Source: Yuukianura sp. NJ FZ-2021
Lineage: Eukaryota
Assembly (NCBI GenBank): GCA_046563655.1
Contig: CM102286.1
Location: 6,944,001 to 7,008,000, forward strand
DNA length: 64,000 nt
Direction: 5' to 3'
The notes under the pieces: model-generated
Databases searched by the model: none
Told to the model about the DNA's origin: nothing
What the model saw: only the letters and a program-made list of their open reading frames with translations
Made by a program: the position numbers and the translations under genes
Part shown: piece after piece, positions 63,401-64,000 of the stretch
Layout of the letters: the number at the start of each line of letters is the position of its first letter
How positions within the stretch are numbered: the stretch's first letter is position 1

Positions 63401-64000
63401 GAAACGCCCGGGCATTGCCTAGGGAAGTTGAAGTTCCAACTTTACAATGTCCGGAGGTGGAGTACGGATGCGTGATTTATATAAAATTGACTAATTAAAT
63501 TTCCCACTTCCTATGGAAGCAGGCTGAGAGTTTTATGGGCCAGAACAGCCTCCTAATACGCATGTCGATTGATTAGCCCTAGTCTATTGCGAAGTCGAGA
63601 TTTTGCAAAGTTTCCATTTTATGTAAATAGTACACGGGTCTCTGCGTCCATTGATGGACCAACTAAACAAGTTTCCAAAAGTTCATTAAACAGGGAATCC
63701 TCCTTTCCACGTGTGGCCAACTATTGCATGTGTGAGGCCAAAGGAGGAAGTAGAGACAACGTGACCTAAGGGGTCAAGGGAAACCTTTCCCCATTGTTCT
63801 CTCCCACAAGAGGCAATTATAGTCATGCTGTGAGAAGACAGGCCACATAGGATCTTGTGCCAAATGCATTTAGGTGAATCAATTTGAAATGACATGGGAT
63901 CTGTCATGTCATCATGTCCACAACTCACCTTTCTGTATGGATATTTTCATTCATGCGAGGGATCATGGGCTTTTGGCCTGGGCCTCATCTAATCCCAGTT

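Noticed and set aside
57480..64000. Short ORFs upstream of the echinoid exons
   Set aside because: No coding signature or confident first exon; likely a large first intron or regulatory DNA.

Overview
This is eukaryotic, AT-rich, gene-dense arthropod DNA with short GT-AG introns; a compact pancrustacean such as a springtail is my inference, not proven. The ORF track shows only exon fragments, so I assembled the gene models by hand from splice sites. Genes in order: 3' part of TMTC4 (+), OSGIN-like oxidoreductase (-), a head-to-head Hsp10(-)/Hsp60(+) pair with a heat-shock element, and a tandem cluster of four two-exon secreted-protein paralogues (16.0-21.0 kb, -). The four paralogues share a CEDGC motif and a conserved promoter. 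Next comes a ~21-kb CUB-domain gene (+) with an antisense membrane-bound GT54-like glycosyltransferase nested in one intron (candidate horizontal transfer). The window ends with a small single-pass membrane protein, xanthine dehydrogenase (+, with an unusual AT donor in intron 1) and most of echinoid (-). Several non-autonomous DNA transposons and two GC-richer, stem-rich non-coding segments are also present. The best candidate for an undescribed system is the CEDGC secreted-protein cluster: one acidic repeat protein plus three Lys/Pro/Gly-rich proteins capped by cysteine motifs, apparently co-regulated.
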